Assembly (NCBI RefSeq): GCF_002113885.1
Contig: NW_018408528.1
Coordinates: forward strand, 511,252-575,251
Source: Mizuhopecten yessoensis
Lineage: Eukaryota
Direction of reading: 5' to 3'
Length of the DNA: 64,000 nt
The position numbers were made by a program, and so were the translations under genes. Below, piece after piece: positions 28,982 to 41,819 of the stretch. The stretch's first letter is position 1; each line of letters begins with the position of its first letter. The notes under the pieces are model-generated. The model ran no database searches. It had not been told where the DNA came from and saw only the letters and a program-made list of their open reading frames with translations.

Positions 28982-29452
28982 ATGTAGTCAATGAGCAGTT
29001 TCCCATAAAGGGCCATAAATGCATACATTTTGGAGAGATTAAAGCGTCAAATCTACAAAGGGCCATAACTTCATAAATAAGCGGCAAATAATTTTGGTTA
29101 TCAAGCTTGTCCGAGCTTTCATGGCAATGAACCAGTTCCTACCAAGTTTGAAATTAATCCATTCAAAATTACTCAAGTATTCTAAATATTGAGCGGAAAC
29201 TGTGTCCGCAATTCTACCAAGGGCCATAACTCCGTAAATAACTGGCAAATATTTTTTGTTATCGAACTTGTCCGAGCTTTCATGGCAATGAACCTTCCTA
29301 TTAAGTTTGAAATGAATCCATTCAAAATTACTCAAGTTATTGAGCGGAAACTAATGTGTGCCCACCCGCCCGCCCGCCCGCGTGAAAACATACGTACCAT
29401 CAAAAGAAACAAATTTTAATTTTTATGGGTAGGTAACTTCAATTGAGCAGGC
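28940..29452 (+). mobile_element. Non-autonomous Helentron/HINE-like element
   Basis: Head AACAAGAG after an A-run, internal ~160-bp repeats (AAGGGCCATAACT), (CCCG)n tract and a weak 3' hairpin. Confidence 0.6.
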
Positions 29453-29563
29453 TTCTAGAGTTAGATTTCTGATGAAATAAAATTGTTATCATATAAATTT
29501 CATCTTTCCATTATTTTTTTTAAATATTTTCATTTAAAAAAAATATATTGACCTTGTTTCTTG

Positions 29564-29932
29564 CGTGGCAGGGTTCAATTGTACATAGATTTAAGGTCGC
29601 CTTCTAGCTTCGAGCTAGGGGGAATTTCCCTTTAGCTCAGTGATAGAGCGTCCGACTTAGGACCCTCGAGATCGAGGGTGCGATCCCTGGTGGAAGCACA
29701 CTATTCTCTTTCCTGTTACAAATGGTGTCCGTGGCCCTCTCTGTAGTGAGAGGGAGTTAGAACCTCGGTTGTGGTGTTCGAGGGCGAACACATTTAAAAA
29801 GGGGGGAGTAGTGTGGCAGGGTTCAATTGTACATAGATTTCCCTTTAGCTCAGTGGTAGAGCGTCCAACTAAGAACCTGGAGATCGAGGGTTCGATCCCC
29901 GGTGGAAGCACACTATTCTCTTTCCTGTTACA
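29564..29932 (+). mobile_element. Miniature non-autonomous LTR retrotransposon (TRIM) with tRNA-like Pol III promoter in both LTRs
   Basis: LTRs 29564-29720 and 29812-29932 ((T/C)GTGGCAGGG...TGTTACA). PBS-like TGGTGTCCGTGG 2 nt after the 5' LTR. PPT AAAAAGGGGGGAG before the 3' LTR. TSD CTTG (29560-29563, 29933-29936). A box TAGCTCAGTGG and B box GGTTCGATCC. Confidence 0.88.
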
Positions 29933-30419
29933 CTTGCAATTCAATTAATGGTGCAAAATTACCTCCCCTGCAATGTTCAATGTCCAACTTTGAGTGAATT
30001 GCTATATATTTTCATGGAATTAGATTAGAAGTATTATCAAGCGTATTTTGCCCCAGGGGAAATTTGCACTGACTGAGAATGATATTTGATCGAAGTCAGA
30101 CTACACTATACTTTCACTTGGATCCTGTTGTCATCTTTGGAGACTCCTTTATTCATACCAACTTCTGTTGATTAGATTTATTCATGCTTTTCTGTTGCTA
30201 ATTGCACAGTATTTGCTTTTCATGTGTCTGTGTTTATTCCAACTATCTTGTCCCTAAGTCTGTAATAATGATCTCCTTTTGAAATTTTCTGATGGGGCTG
30301 ATCGTCAGCTGAAATTGGAGTTTAATTAGGAAATGTGTTCACGAGTTGGATATTTCATGGTCAATCTTGGCAGCATATATATCCAAATCTTCATTTCTTG
30401 CAATGGTATATATTGTTTA

Positions 30420-30735
30420 GGTGGAGATCTCATCCAGGGACTAAATCCTAGGGTGAGGGCAGACCCCTGGACCAATCCAGATAGCATATCTGTACAAGTA
30501 TTCTCATGCCTAGCAATAGTTTACTGGAAAATAGGGTTATATGGCAGCCTCATCAAGGAGGGGAAAGAGCTTCTTCATTTGTACAATTTGGTTGATATTG
30601 ATCATAAGCTCTAGGGAGAAGTCGCTTAAAAAATATGACCAAATTACCGTTTCTGATTATATCCCTCCATTTTAAAATTTCTAGTACCTACCACCTGAAA
30701 ATGCTTCCAGTCAAAATTTGGTGAAATTCTGTTTA
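30420..30735 (+). repeat. Degenerate fragment related to the internal repeats of the 12169-14146 element
   Basis: Shares GGGCAGACCC, TAGCATATCTGTA, CATTTGTACAATTT, GAAGTCGCTTAAA and ATGCTTCCAGTCAAA. Confidence 0.55.
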
Positions 30736-33698
30736 TAATAACATTGTCGATCACTTCGAATAAAGTGTATCAAATACCATAGGTTAAATTCTTGCAAGAA
30801 ACCCCCCATAAAAGTAAAACAAACGATGAAAATCTTTATATTAATATTTAATTCCAATATTGTAATCGCTGCAACCTTTGGGTTGGTACATCCCAATTGC
30901 ACTGCTGCCCCCATACATACATGCATTAGTGATATAACATTCAGAAATACACCAACTGTTTATAAAATTCTATCAACAATGTTAACAATATACACAATAC
31001 CAGAACCAAATTGCTTCTAAATTGAAAATTACTTGCAGTGAACTGAAACTGTGTAGAGAAATATTGTTACATCACTTAATAAATTAACGATCGCTTGAAA
31101 AAAAACACCTTTTATTTTTCGCTCTCTTAATTCACAATTTAATTCACAAATTTGTATTGTTATCTTGCATAATTTGAAGACTTCTTCAATGCATTTTTCT
31201 TTCTATTAAGGATGCACACATATCAACAATAATTACTAATATATTGTAAAAAAGACAACAACATAATTCAAAAATAGTTTTAGTTTAGTCTGAAACACAC
31301 CTTTTTTACTCATGGTTTTATTTTAAAATTCTTTACATTGCAAGCTTAAAATCAAAATAAGAGCAATTTGGTCCTTATGGTTAGACTAGACAAGGTTTGG
31401 TTTCCTCGCATAATGATTATCTGTTTTTCATGGTTTAATATTACACCTACAAATCTCTGTATCTGTGTTAATATCTATTCTCAAAGATATCATTACGGGG
31501 AAAGTCTAATTTAATTCATATAGATAATTTGATAATCAGACAAATAAAAATGATTTACACTATATTTGCAAAAGCCCATGATGTACATAAATACATGTTT
31601 TTAACATACAAGTTCTGGTTGATAGAAAAATACATAAAATATGAATAAATAAAAGGAAATACTACATGATAAGATGAAACACTTAAAAAAATCCATAGTG
31701 CAGTGTACATTTAATACATTACAATCGGTTTTCTGTATGTAGCTAAGCCATAATTTGTAAAGAATCAAATAAGCATAAACTCTTAACAGAAAGATGTGCA
31801 GAAGTGTGGAATAATATCCTATAGATATTGAGGATTGTCTCCCCTGAGGCAAAGCTGAGTGGCCAACATTTGACTGAAAGAAGAGAAATCCACAATACTC
31901 CTAGTACATGTACATTATCTTCATCTGTTTCACTGACTAATGTTAAAAAAAAGTTTGTAGATTGATACTCAATGTCATAAATAAAAGTAAACTGCTTTAG
32001 AAAGACTTGCAATAAATTCACCTTTTAGGAAAATAAAATGTGGATTGGAATGGTTAAAGATGATCCAATATTGAACCTGGTCCCTTACAACAGAAGTGAA
32101 TCAACAAATGGATAAACAAGTACTCATAACTGTGTAACATATCCAACCATATAGAACAGCTGCTCTTAGGTCTATATTCTACATGTTTCTGACCTAAAAA
32201 ATAAAACACAAAATATCTTCTCATTTACAATATAATGTTGCCATGTATTTTGTTTATCTATTTAAGATCCATCACACCTTTGATTAGGCATCTCACATAT
32301 TTGACCTGTAATAAACCACAAGGACCATACATCCAAAAGCATGGGGTCAAACACATACCAGGCAGAGGCTTGTCCTGAATGGGACCCCATTATGTCTTCA
32401 GAACCATCGTCTGGAAAACTGGGGATGGCCTTATTACTGAGCATGGCAGGTAAAATATGGATGAATATGGTACATAATAAGTAAGTACATATAACATTTT
32501 TTTTATATAGACTTATACACAGAATGTCTATATAAAACATTCCAGTTTACCTTTTAAGACATTATAATCTAGACATCATTGTTAACAGCTGTTTGTAGAA
32601 TGTACTATGTAAATATACATAACAATAACATTCACGTCTGGATAAAAATGGTCTTTTACTTCTTATAACAAACATTCAACCTTAAATATTGATGAACAAT
32701 TGAAACTTTTTAACAATAAAAACCTGTATATACATGATATGGTAGGCTTTATGTGACACCGGTAATCAATAGGTCTACATCTCTATGTAAGTCTATTTAC
32801 AGAAAATCACCCAGGAGAAACAGTACCTTTACTGCCAGGTTTCATGTCTCCAAACTTGTTTATTTTTGGTTAAGAATGTAAATATTTATCTAAAAGAATC
32901 TATATTTTAACAATATATAGCTACCTAGTGGGACAGTTTAATTCTCTTTCTTCCCTGTGTACAATTCTGATCATAGGATGGCAAAATTTAAGTCTATAAT
33001 TTCTTCTACATCTGTGGTCTTGATATACAATGGCAACGTAAAATTATACTTTATAGTATCAAACATCAATAAAATATACAGATTATAATGAAGTTCACAA
33101 TAATATTGTCCTTTTGCCAACAAACTCAGTTATATGAAATAAATAAGTTACACTCTAATAAAATACTTTGAAGCTTATTTCATAAAATAATCTTTTAAAG
33201 TTGGTTCTAGTAAATAAATTATGGTATGCAGTCTACAGATTTATCTAATTGATCAAACATTGAACTGGAAGACAAAATAGAATGTTTAGCTAATTCCATT
33301 CATAACTTGAAAAATGTTTATGCTCTTTTTCAAACCATACCCTAAGATTTCTTCACATTTTTAAAATGCCCAATGTTAAATATCAAGAACGAAATGAAAC
33401 AAAACAGCTTTATCAAGGTTACACATCGTTACATGTACTATATTCTCTTAATTCTTAATAATTCAAAAACAAATGTGACACAAAATTAACATACTCTACA
33501 CCAGTTATATTACAATAAGTTCTTAACAAATAAAACATTTCTTTTTATAACGTGGCAAGTTAAAGGTTGAAAGTAAACTGCAGTAACACATCATATTATA
33601 ACATTTAGTTGGTATATTTTCTCCAAAAAATCTAAATTATTATGTATACTAAATGTATTTCCCTCTTAAAACAAGCAATCTATTAGAATTCTGTTTCA

Positions 33699-33953
33699 TA
33701 CTGTGTATGTGTAGGTTGATTCTATAATGTATTATATAACATGACATTTTTGTTGTTTATAAACAACAAACATTTGTGGTTTTCTTGTAGGCTACGAAAC
33801 TAAAGAACCACGAAAATAAATACAACAAATTTAATTGATATACTTTACTAATCTTTGTTTATATGGGAATTTATGAAACTTGTACCACAAAATGATCTAA
33901 ATAGCTTCAAGCCACGAAAGAAAATACCCACGAACATTTCATGTTATACAGTA
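33699..33953. mobile_element. Degenerate MITE-like element (TA-flanked)
   Basis: Termini TACTGTGTA...TATACAGTA; internal CCACGAA repeats. Confidence 0.45.
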
Positions 33954-35480
33954 TTGTGTATCTACTGTGTTATTTTGTCCAAAACGGCTGTTTTTCTAAC
34001 ACTCAGGAACAACCTGCATGGTCAATGATTTTCATATGATAGATCCATGCAAATGTTTCAGAACAAATATATTATTTTTAACGTTTCATTGCAAACCAAA
34101 GTGTCCAAATGAAAACCTTAGACTAACTCTTCATGACAAGCTGTCAAATGTTTGTTTTACATAAAATAGAAAGAGAAATAAGCTACAACAGAAGCAGCCC
34201 TCTACTGCTCTAAAGGAGGAGGAATACAATCCCTCTGTTTATAGTCTTTAGTGTTATAACATCACTACACAAATCTTAGAAAAGTAACATGTTATAATAC
34301 CCATTATGTGGAGTAGACATCACCACTCATCACTTCATAGTGAATGGCCAATGGTGGTGGCTTCCTCTGCTTCATTTTAAGATCAAAAAGATTATGTGCA
34401 TGTTACATAGAGAAATCATATGATAAATAGAATCTGGAATTTGTTCCATTTTCATCCTAAATGTATAAAACTCACTGCAGCGTGTTTCCTGTCATATATT
34501 GTCAGATCGTCAATATACAACAGCTGTAGATACAATTTCGTATTTGATAACGAAGTACAAATATGTATTTTCTAAAGTGTTGACTTTAAAAAATTGCTGA
34601 TTATATCATATGTCCATGTTAGTTAAATGGTCAAACTGTCTATTTTTGCCTTTGGTTGAAATATGCTGAGTACAGCTATATGTACACGAATCAACATCAA
34701 TGATTATAATTATTTACGTAACTGGACATCATTTTTAAGATGCAATACAACCAGAAGAAAAACAATAACATCAAAATATTTAACAATCCAAATTTAACAG
34801 AAACATATTGGAATGGGTTTTTGTGTAGAACAAACAAGTTTAAGCTGATACTTCCAAAGTAACATATGAACATAGCTAACAACAGAAAACAAATTTCATG
34901 AAGACATCAGTTTCTTTTCACTAAATTATCTCCCCTTGTTATGAAAGTTACATTTTCACAATAAAAATTGGTGGATATGAACAATATCTTCCACATATCT
35001 TTCAAGACCTTCTCTATAACCTGTACTTTAAAAAAATTGTACCTGTATGTGCCCGAAGTGATGCTAGGTTAGAGGTGGTCAGAGCTACAGTACTTAAAAA
35101 CATTTATTTCCTAAGTTAGAACATTGACCTATCATTGATAATATTTTCATTGATTTAACAGTCCTTGTCTTCTTTACATGATAATTATTCATACAGCATC
35201 ACTTTCTGTCTAACAGGATCTCCTGTCTCCATCACATAACACTATAGTGATTACATAACGCATGGTCACAATGGAAAGGAATGCAGATATTGTGTGGGGT
35301 GGTCTATAGGAATTGCAATGTTTTGTAAAAAATGAAATGACAAGATGCAGTCCCATAAAAGTTGTTTCTGCTGGAGAGGAATTAATGAGAGATGAAGTTT
35401 TCCCATCCTCAGCTGTGGAGGATTTTGTCTGATCATATGTCCAAGTCTTATATAGTATAGTAGGACATTTTCCAGTTCCC

Positions 35481-35605
35481 TCACACCCACACCCCATTAG
35501 GGTTCTTGCTGACGGAGAGGACTTTACTGAGAGGACTGGCAATATACTTCCTCCCTCCCAGGCCGGGGTGAGGTGAGAGACGACCCTCCAAGGCTTGCAG
35601 CACAG
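35481..35605 (-). CDS. RASSF8: RASSF7/8-like last coding exon
   Basis: TTTACAG acceptor; (A)[40 protein letters not shown]. Confidence 0.85.
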
Positions 35606-38600
35606 CTGTAAACAAATACCACATATTTAGTCATAATAGATCAGGTTGATGGTAATTTTGTTCTGTCAATGAACAAACATTTTTTAAAGTGGACAGTAAA
35701 ACTAATAATAATGGTTAAGTAGCCATATTACACTGTCTGTTAATACTACACTGTCTGTTAATACTACACTGTCTGTTAATACTACACTGTATGTTAATAC
35801 TACACTGTCCGTTAATACTACACTGTCCGTTAATACTACACTGTCTGTTAATACTACACTGTCTGTTAATACTACACTGTCTGTTAATACTACACTGTCT
35901 GTTAATACTACACTGTCTGTTAATACTACACTGTCTGTTAATACTACACTGTCTGTTAATACTACACTGTCTGTTAATACTACACTGTCTGTTAATACTA
36001 CACTGTCTGTTAATACTACACTGTCTGTTAATACTACACTGTCTGTTAATACTACACTGTCTGTTAATACTACACTGTCTGTTAATACTACACTGTCTGT
36101 TAATACTACACTGTCTGTTAATACTACACTGTCTGTTAATACTACACTGTCCGGTAATACTACACTGTCTGTTAATACTACACTGTCTGTTAATACAACA
36201 CTGTCTGTTAATACTACACTGTATGTTAATACTACACTGTCCATTAATACTACACTGTATGTTAATACAACACTGTCCGGTAATACTACACTGTCCGGTA
36301 ATACTACACTGTCCGTTAATACTACACTGTATGTTAATACAACACTGCCTGTTAATACTTCACTTTTAATACTACACTGTCTGTTAATACTACACTGTCT
36401 GTTAATACTACACTGTCTGTTAATACTACACTGTCTGTTAATACTACACTGTCCGGTAATACTACACTGTCCGTTAATACTACACTGTATGTTAATACTA
36501 CACTGTCCATTGATACTATACTGTCTGCTAATACTTCACTGTTAGTACTACACTGTCTGTTAATATTACACTGTCAGGTAATACTACACTGTCCAGCAAT
36601 ACTACACTGTCCATTAATACTACACTGTCCGTTAATAGTACACTGTCTGTTAATACTACACTGTCCGGGAATACTACACTGTCCGTTAATACTACACTGT
36701 ATGTTAATACTACACTGTCCATTAATACTATACTGTCTGCTAATACTACACTGTCTGTTAATACTACCCTGTATGTTAATACTACACAGTCCGTTAATAC
36801 CATACTGTCCGTTAATACTACACTGTCTGTTAATACTACACTGCCTGTAAATACTTCACTGTTAATACTACACTGTCTATTAATACTACACTGACTGTTA
36901 ATTCCACACTGTCTGTTAATACTACACAGTCTGTTAATACTACACTGTCCAGTAATACTACACTGTATGTTAATACTACACTGTCCATTAATACTACACT
37001 GTCCGTTAATACTACACTGTCTGTTAATACTACACTGTCGGGTAATACTACACTGTCTGTTCATACTACACTGTCTGTTAATACTATACTGTCCGGTAAT
37101 ACTATACTGTCTGTTAATACTACACTGTCTGTTAATACTATTCTGTCCGGTAATACTACACTGTCTGTTAATACTATACTGTCCGGTAATACTATACTGT
37201 CTGTTAATACTACACTGTCTGTTAATACCATACTGTCCGGTAATACTACACTGTCTGTTAATACTATACTGTCCGGTAATACTATACTGTCTGTTAATAC
37301 TACACTGTCTGTTAATACTATTCTGTCCATTAATACTATACTGTCTGCTAATACTACACTGTCTGTTAATACTACACAGTCTGTTAATACTACACTGTCC
37401 GGTAATACTACACTGTCTGTTAATACTACACTGTCGGGTAATACTACACTGTCTGTTCATACTACACTGTCTGTTAATACTATACTGTCCGGTAATACTA
37501 TACTGTCTGTTAATACTACACTGTCTGTTAATACTATTCTGTCCGGTAATACTACACTGTCTGTTAATACTACACTGTCGGGTAATACTACACTGTCTGT
37601 TAATACTACACTGTCTGTTAATACTATTCTGTCCATTAATACTATACTGTCTGCTAATACTACACTGTCTGTTAATACTACACAGTCTGTTAATACTACA
37701 CTGTCCAGTAATACTACACTGTATGTTAATACTACACTGTCCGTTAATACCATACTGTCCGTTAATACTACACTGTCTGTTAATAGTACACTGACTGTTA
37801 ATTCCACACTGTCTGTTAATACTACGCTGTCTGTTAATACTACACTGTCCGTTAATACTACACTGTCTGTTAATACTACACTGACTGTAAATTCCACACT
37901 GTCTGTTAATACTACACTGTCTGTTAATACTATACTGTCCATTAATACTATACTGTCTGCTAATACTTCACTGTAAGTACTACACTGTCTGTTAATATTA
38001 CACTGTCAGGTAATACTACACTGTCCAGTAATACTACACTGTATGTTAATACTACACTGTCTGTTAGTACTACACTGTCTGTTAATACTACACTGTCTGG
38101 TAATACTCCACTGTCTGTTAATACCACACTGTCTGGTAATACTACACTGTCTGTCAATACTACACTGTCTGTTCCCTGTGTATTTACTTCAATACTACAC
38201 TGTCTGTTAATACTACACTGTATGTTAATACTACACTGTCCGTTAATACCATACTGTCCGTTAATACTACACTGTCTGTTAATACTATTCTGTCCATTAA
38301 TACTATACTGTCTGCTAATACTTCACTGTAAGTACTACACTGTCTGTTAATATTACACTGTCAGGTAATACTACACTGTCCAGTAATACTACACTGTATG
38401 TTAATACTACACTGTCTGTTAATATTACACCGTCTGTTAATACTACACTGTCTGTTAATACTGCACTGTCTATTAATACTACACTGTCCGGTAATACTAC
38501 ACTGTCCGTTAATACTACACTGTATGTTAATACTACACTGTCTGTTAATATTACACCGTCTGTTAATACTACACTGTCTGTTAATACCATACTGTCCGGT

Positions 38601-41600
38601 AATACTACACTGTCTGTTAAGACTACACTGTCTGGTAATACTACACTGTCTGTTTATACTACACTGTCTGTTAATACTACACTGTCTGTTAAAACTATAC
38701 TGTCCGGTAATACTACACTGTATGGTAATACTACACTGTCTGTTAATACTACACAGTCTGTTAATACTACACTGTCCAGTAATACTACACTGTATGTTAA
38801 TACTACACTGTCTGTTAATACTGCACTGTCTATTAATACTACACTGTCCGGTAATACTACACTGTCTGTTAATACTACACTGTCTGTTCCCTGTGTATTT
38901 ACTTCATATGCAAACAATGAGCTGATTATATAATTATCCGTGAAAAATTTCACAAACCATTTCTCCATTCATTTAATATATATTCCATATGCATTAAAGT
39001 ACTTGGAACAGATAAAATATTATTAGAAATACAGAATTTGACAGTAACATCAGGATCCTTGTAATCTCTCTATGAACATTGGATACAATATTGGTTTCTT
39101 GATATTGTACATCACTGATTTAATACTAATTGATCTATTTCATTGTTATTGGTTTGGTGACACTAATACTAGTAAAAGTTAAGTAATTGTAGCCAGACTT
39201 TGTGCTCACAAAAAAACTTACAAACCATATACAATGTATATCTCCAAATGATTTGTATATACACTGGTCTTAACATGGCTTTGAAATTAAAGTTGACATA
39301 TATATCATCAGAGATTCCAAGGCTAAGATTGATATATCAATCACAATGGAATATTGTAATTAGATCTAACAATTTGGTTTATACAAACCACTATGTACTG
39401 ATGTTCACTATACCCTATGCTTTCTGACTGCAACAGAGTTACCTACCCTTGCCATTTTTTCCAGACTTCTCTCCTTTACCGACCATGTTAAGCTCCTGAA
39501 TGTTGACTTCCTTTATCTGTTTCTCCAGAGTTTCAACTTCCTTGCTCTGGCTTTCTTTTTTCTCATCTGAACTTTTTAATTCTTCTTCAACCTCCTCCAT
39601 GCATTTTGAGTCTGTATTAAATGTTTTTACACCTTTTTCCAATTCTCCCTTGACATCCTCAGCATCCTTTCTAATTTGAGTGATCTCCCTTTCCTGTTCC
39701 TGCCTGCACTCCTCCAGTTCCTGTTTTTCTGAGGTGACCTGTTTTTCAAGTTCCGAAATCTTTTCATTGTTAATTTCAAGGTCCTTAACACAAGTGTCAG
39801 TTTTGTCTTTAACAATAAGTATATCAGATCTGTAGGATTTCTCCCGGGTTTTCTCCGCATTGATTATGTCAACCCAACTGACAGCTGCGAGTTGAACCAC
39901 TTCAGCCTCGTTCTGATTGTAGGTCTGCTGTAGACACGTCATCTCCTCCCCGATGCTGTGTTTCTGGTCTAGACTTTGACGATCCTCATCCTCCAGGCTT
40001 ACCAGTTCTGTTGGCAAGTAAATATAATAAAAAGATAAATATAATCATATTTGTAATATTGTCTTTTTATATCTTAAATGTATTCTCTAATTCTACATAT
40101 CTGTGTATTGTAACTGTTTAATATGTACATGAATGAGAGAAGGAAAATAATAAACAACAGGTCGGACATATCATAATGTAAATATCCTACATTCCTCAAT
40201 ATGTATTTCAGATTAATTCAAGAGTGAATGGTCATTTAAAAACAATTAAATGAGGAAAATTTATCTCTTGATATTCTTGTTGCTTATTCAAATCATCACA
40301 TCAGAGTTATTGGAAAGAGAGCCTAAAAATAAATGTGCATGAAAATGAAGCAATTCGGAGAATTTAATTTTTTACTACATATGCATGCTCTGTGAACGTT
40401 TTATGGCTGACAATTTAATGTAACTTGATTGAAAACAGATGTAAAGACACTATAACATACCTGTATCTATCATCTGTAACTGGGACTCCTGCATTCGTAT
40501 TCTTTCCTGTTGCTGGGACACAAGTCTCTGCATCTTCACCACCTGAGGGTCAGGTTCAAGGACCTCTTTGACACCCACTAACGCACTTCCATTGTGGTGA
40601 TCATCAGGCATGGTGTATTCTTCAATCAGCACCTCCTTACGGGAGTTTTTAAGAACATCTGGAAAGTTACTGTCAAGGTCATATTCCTCAACCTCACTGT
40701 TGACAGGACGTGCGTGGTATACAGGGAGACTGCCTATTGCATGTGCTGGCTGAGTCAGATCAAGGCTGTCAGCCCTTGGTTTCTGTGGAACCGGTTGAAA
40801 TGCTGAAGGTCGCGAAACACGATTCTGCACCAAAGGCAAGATAGAAATACTGCTTTCATTGTTATTGTTGCTACCTATACTTGGTTTAACATTTCCATGG
40901 GTATTGGTAATGCCAGAACTGTGTTGATGAGAGAATGAATGATTGGTTGTTTTGCTATGAGATCCTCCTGCCTGCTGGAAATTATTGTAAGGGGAGGCAA
41001 CTCTATGGTGCTCAGTTCTGTGCTGAGCCTGACGAGTCCGAGGCCCAGTTTGCTGTAGTAAAGAAGGATGTGGATCTGGATTTACATGAGTTCTTTCCCT
41101 TGGATACACATTTTCCCCCTGAACTTGGGAATGGAGCTGAACACGGGGGTCAAGGTCAGAGTTTACACTATTATGGCTATTAAGGGGTAGAATATTTGGT
41201 TGAGGTTCTCCTCCTTGCGTAGCTTTCAAGCGAACACCAACCCCATAAACTGGATTCTGTTTAACCTCTCTGTGCCGAGGCAAGATTGGTTGAGAATTTA
41301 CAGAACTGGTTTCATGTTTGTCTAAGTTCTTTCCCATCTGTAAATATCTCTGACGCGGCCGTGCTGCCTCAGGCGCGACATGATGAGCACCACTAAATGT
41401 CAATGACTTACGAATCCCTGTGTCTCGGGGAGCAGAGGTCAAGTTTATTTTTGGTTTGTTATTCTCCTTTTGTTGATTTGTAGGTGGAATGTCTGTCTTT
41501 TGTTTCCCAGAATGCTTCAACAATAATTGCACCTCCGTGGCATATTCCCCCCATTTCTGTAAAATCTTCACGGGACATTCATCTGGTAAAAGAGGGCGCT

Positions 41601-41748
41601 CATTTTCCCTCCATTTCTCAATGAGCGTGAAACGCCCTGTTTTGCCCATGGCGTGGGCAAGAGCAATGACGACATCCTGACAGGTGGAGGTTTCTGTCAC
41701 CCCACACACAACCCGTAATATTCCATCCACTCGAACTTTTAACTCCAT
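35481..41748 (-). CDS. RASSF8: N-terminal Ras-association domain family protein (RASSF7/8-like), 3 coding exons, 657 aa
   Basis: Exons 41748-40461, 40007-39447 and 35605-35481 are all phase-1 joins. N-terminal RA domain [47 protein letters not shown], coiled coil ending LQE-like '[10 protein letters not shown]', C-terminus NPNGVWV* (cf. RASSF8 NPEGIYV). Confidence 0.9.
35727..38890. repeat. ~3.2-kb 18-bp satellite in the last RASSF intron
   Basis: (TAATACTACACTGTCTGT)n with variants. Source of the spurious LILHCL/SVVLTD/RQCSIN ORFs. Confidence 0.98.
39447..40007 (-). CDS. RASSF8: RASSF7/8-like coiled-coil exon
   Basis: 561 nt, phase 1-1, E/K-rich heptads. Confidence 0.88.
40461..41748 (-). 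CDS. RASSF8: RASSF7/8-like first coding exon (RA domain); exon begins at 41824
   Basis: RA-domain motif; donor CAG|GTATGT. Confidence 0.92.
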
Positions 41749-41819
41749 TACGAAAATAGTATCAAACACAAATCACCGGAGATCTGCAAATTAGCTGAAT
41801 GAGTTGGTAGCTTCCCCAT
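41748..41819 (-). promoter_or_regulatory. 23-aa uORF with TAATG stop/start overlap onto the RASSF ATG
   Basis: ACCATGG context at 41819; [23 protein letters not shown]; the last A of TAA is the A of the main ATG. Confidence 0.55.

Noticed and set aside
29630-29910. Two tRNA genes
   Set aside because: A/B boxes are present but the acceptor and anticodon stems do not pair properly, and both sit inside LTRs of a TSD-flanked element.
30950-35480. Additional genes from short ORFs between CTR9 and RASSF
   Set aside because: AT-rich with no recognisable domains or splice structure; probably a long RASSF 3' UTR whose end cannot be fixed from sequence alone.
35702-38968. Long LILHCL / SVVLTD / RQCSIN repeat proteins
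   Set aside because: An 18-bp satellite is open in several frames on both strands and lies in a RASSF intron.
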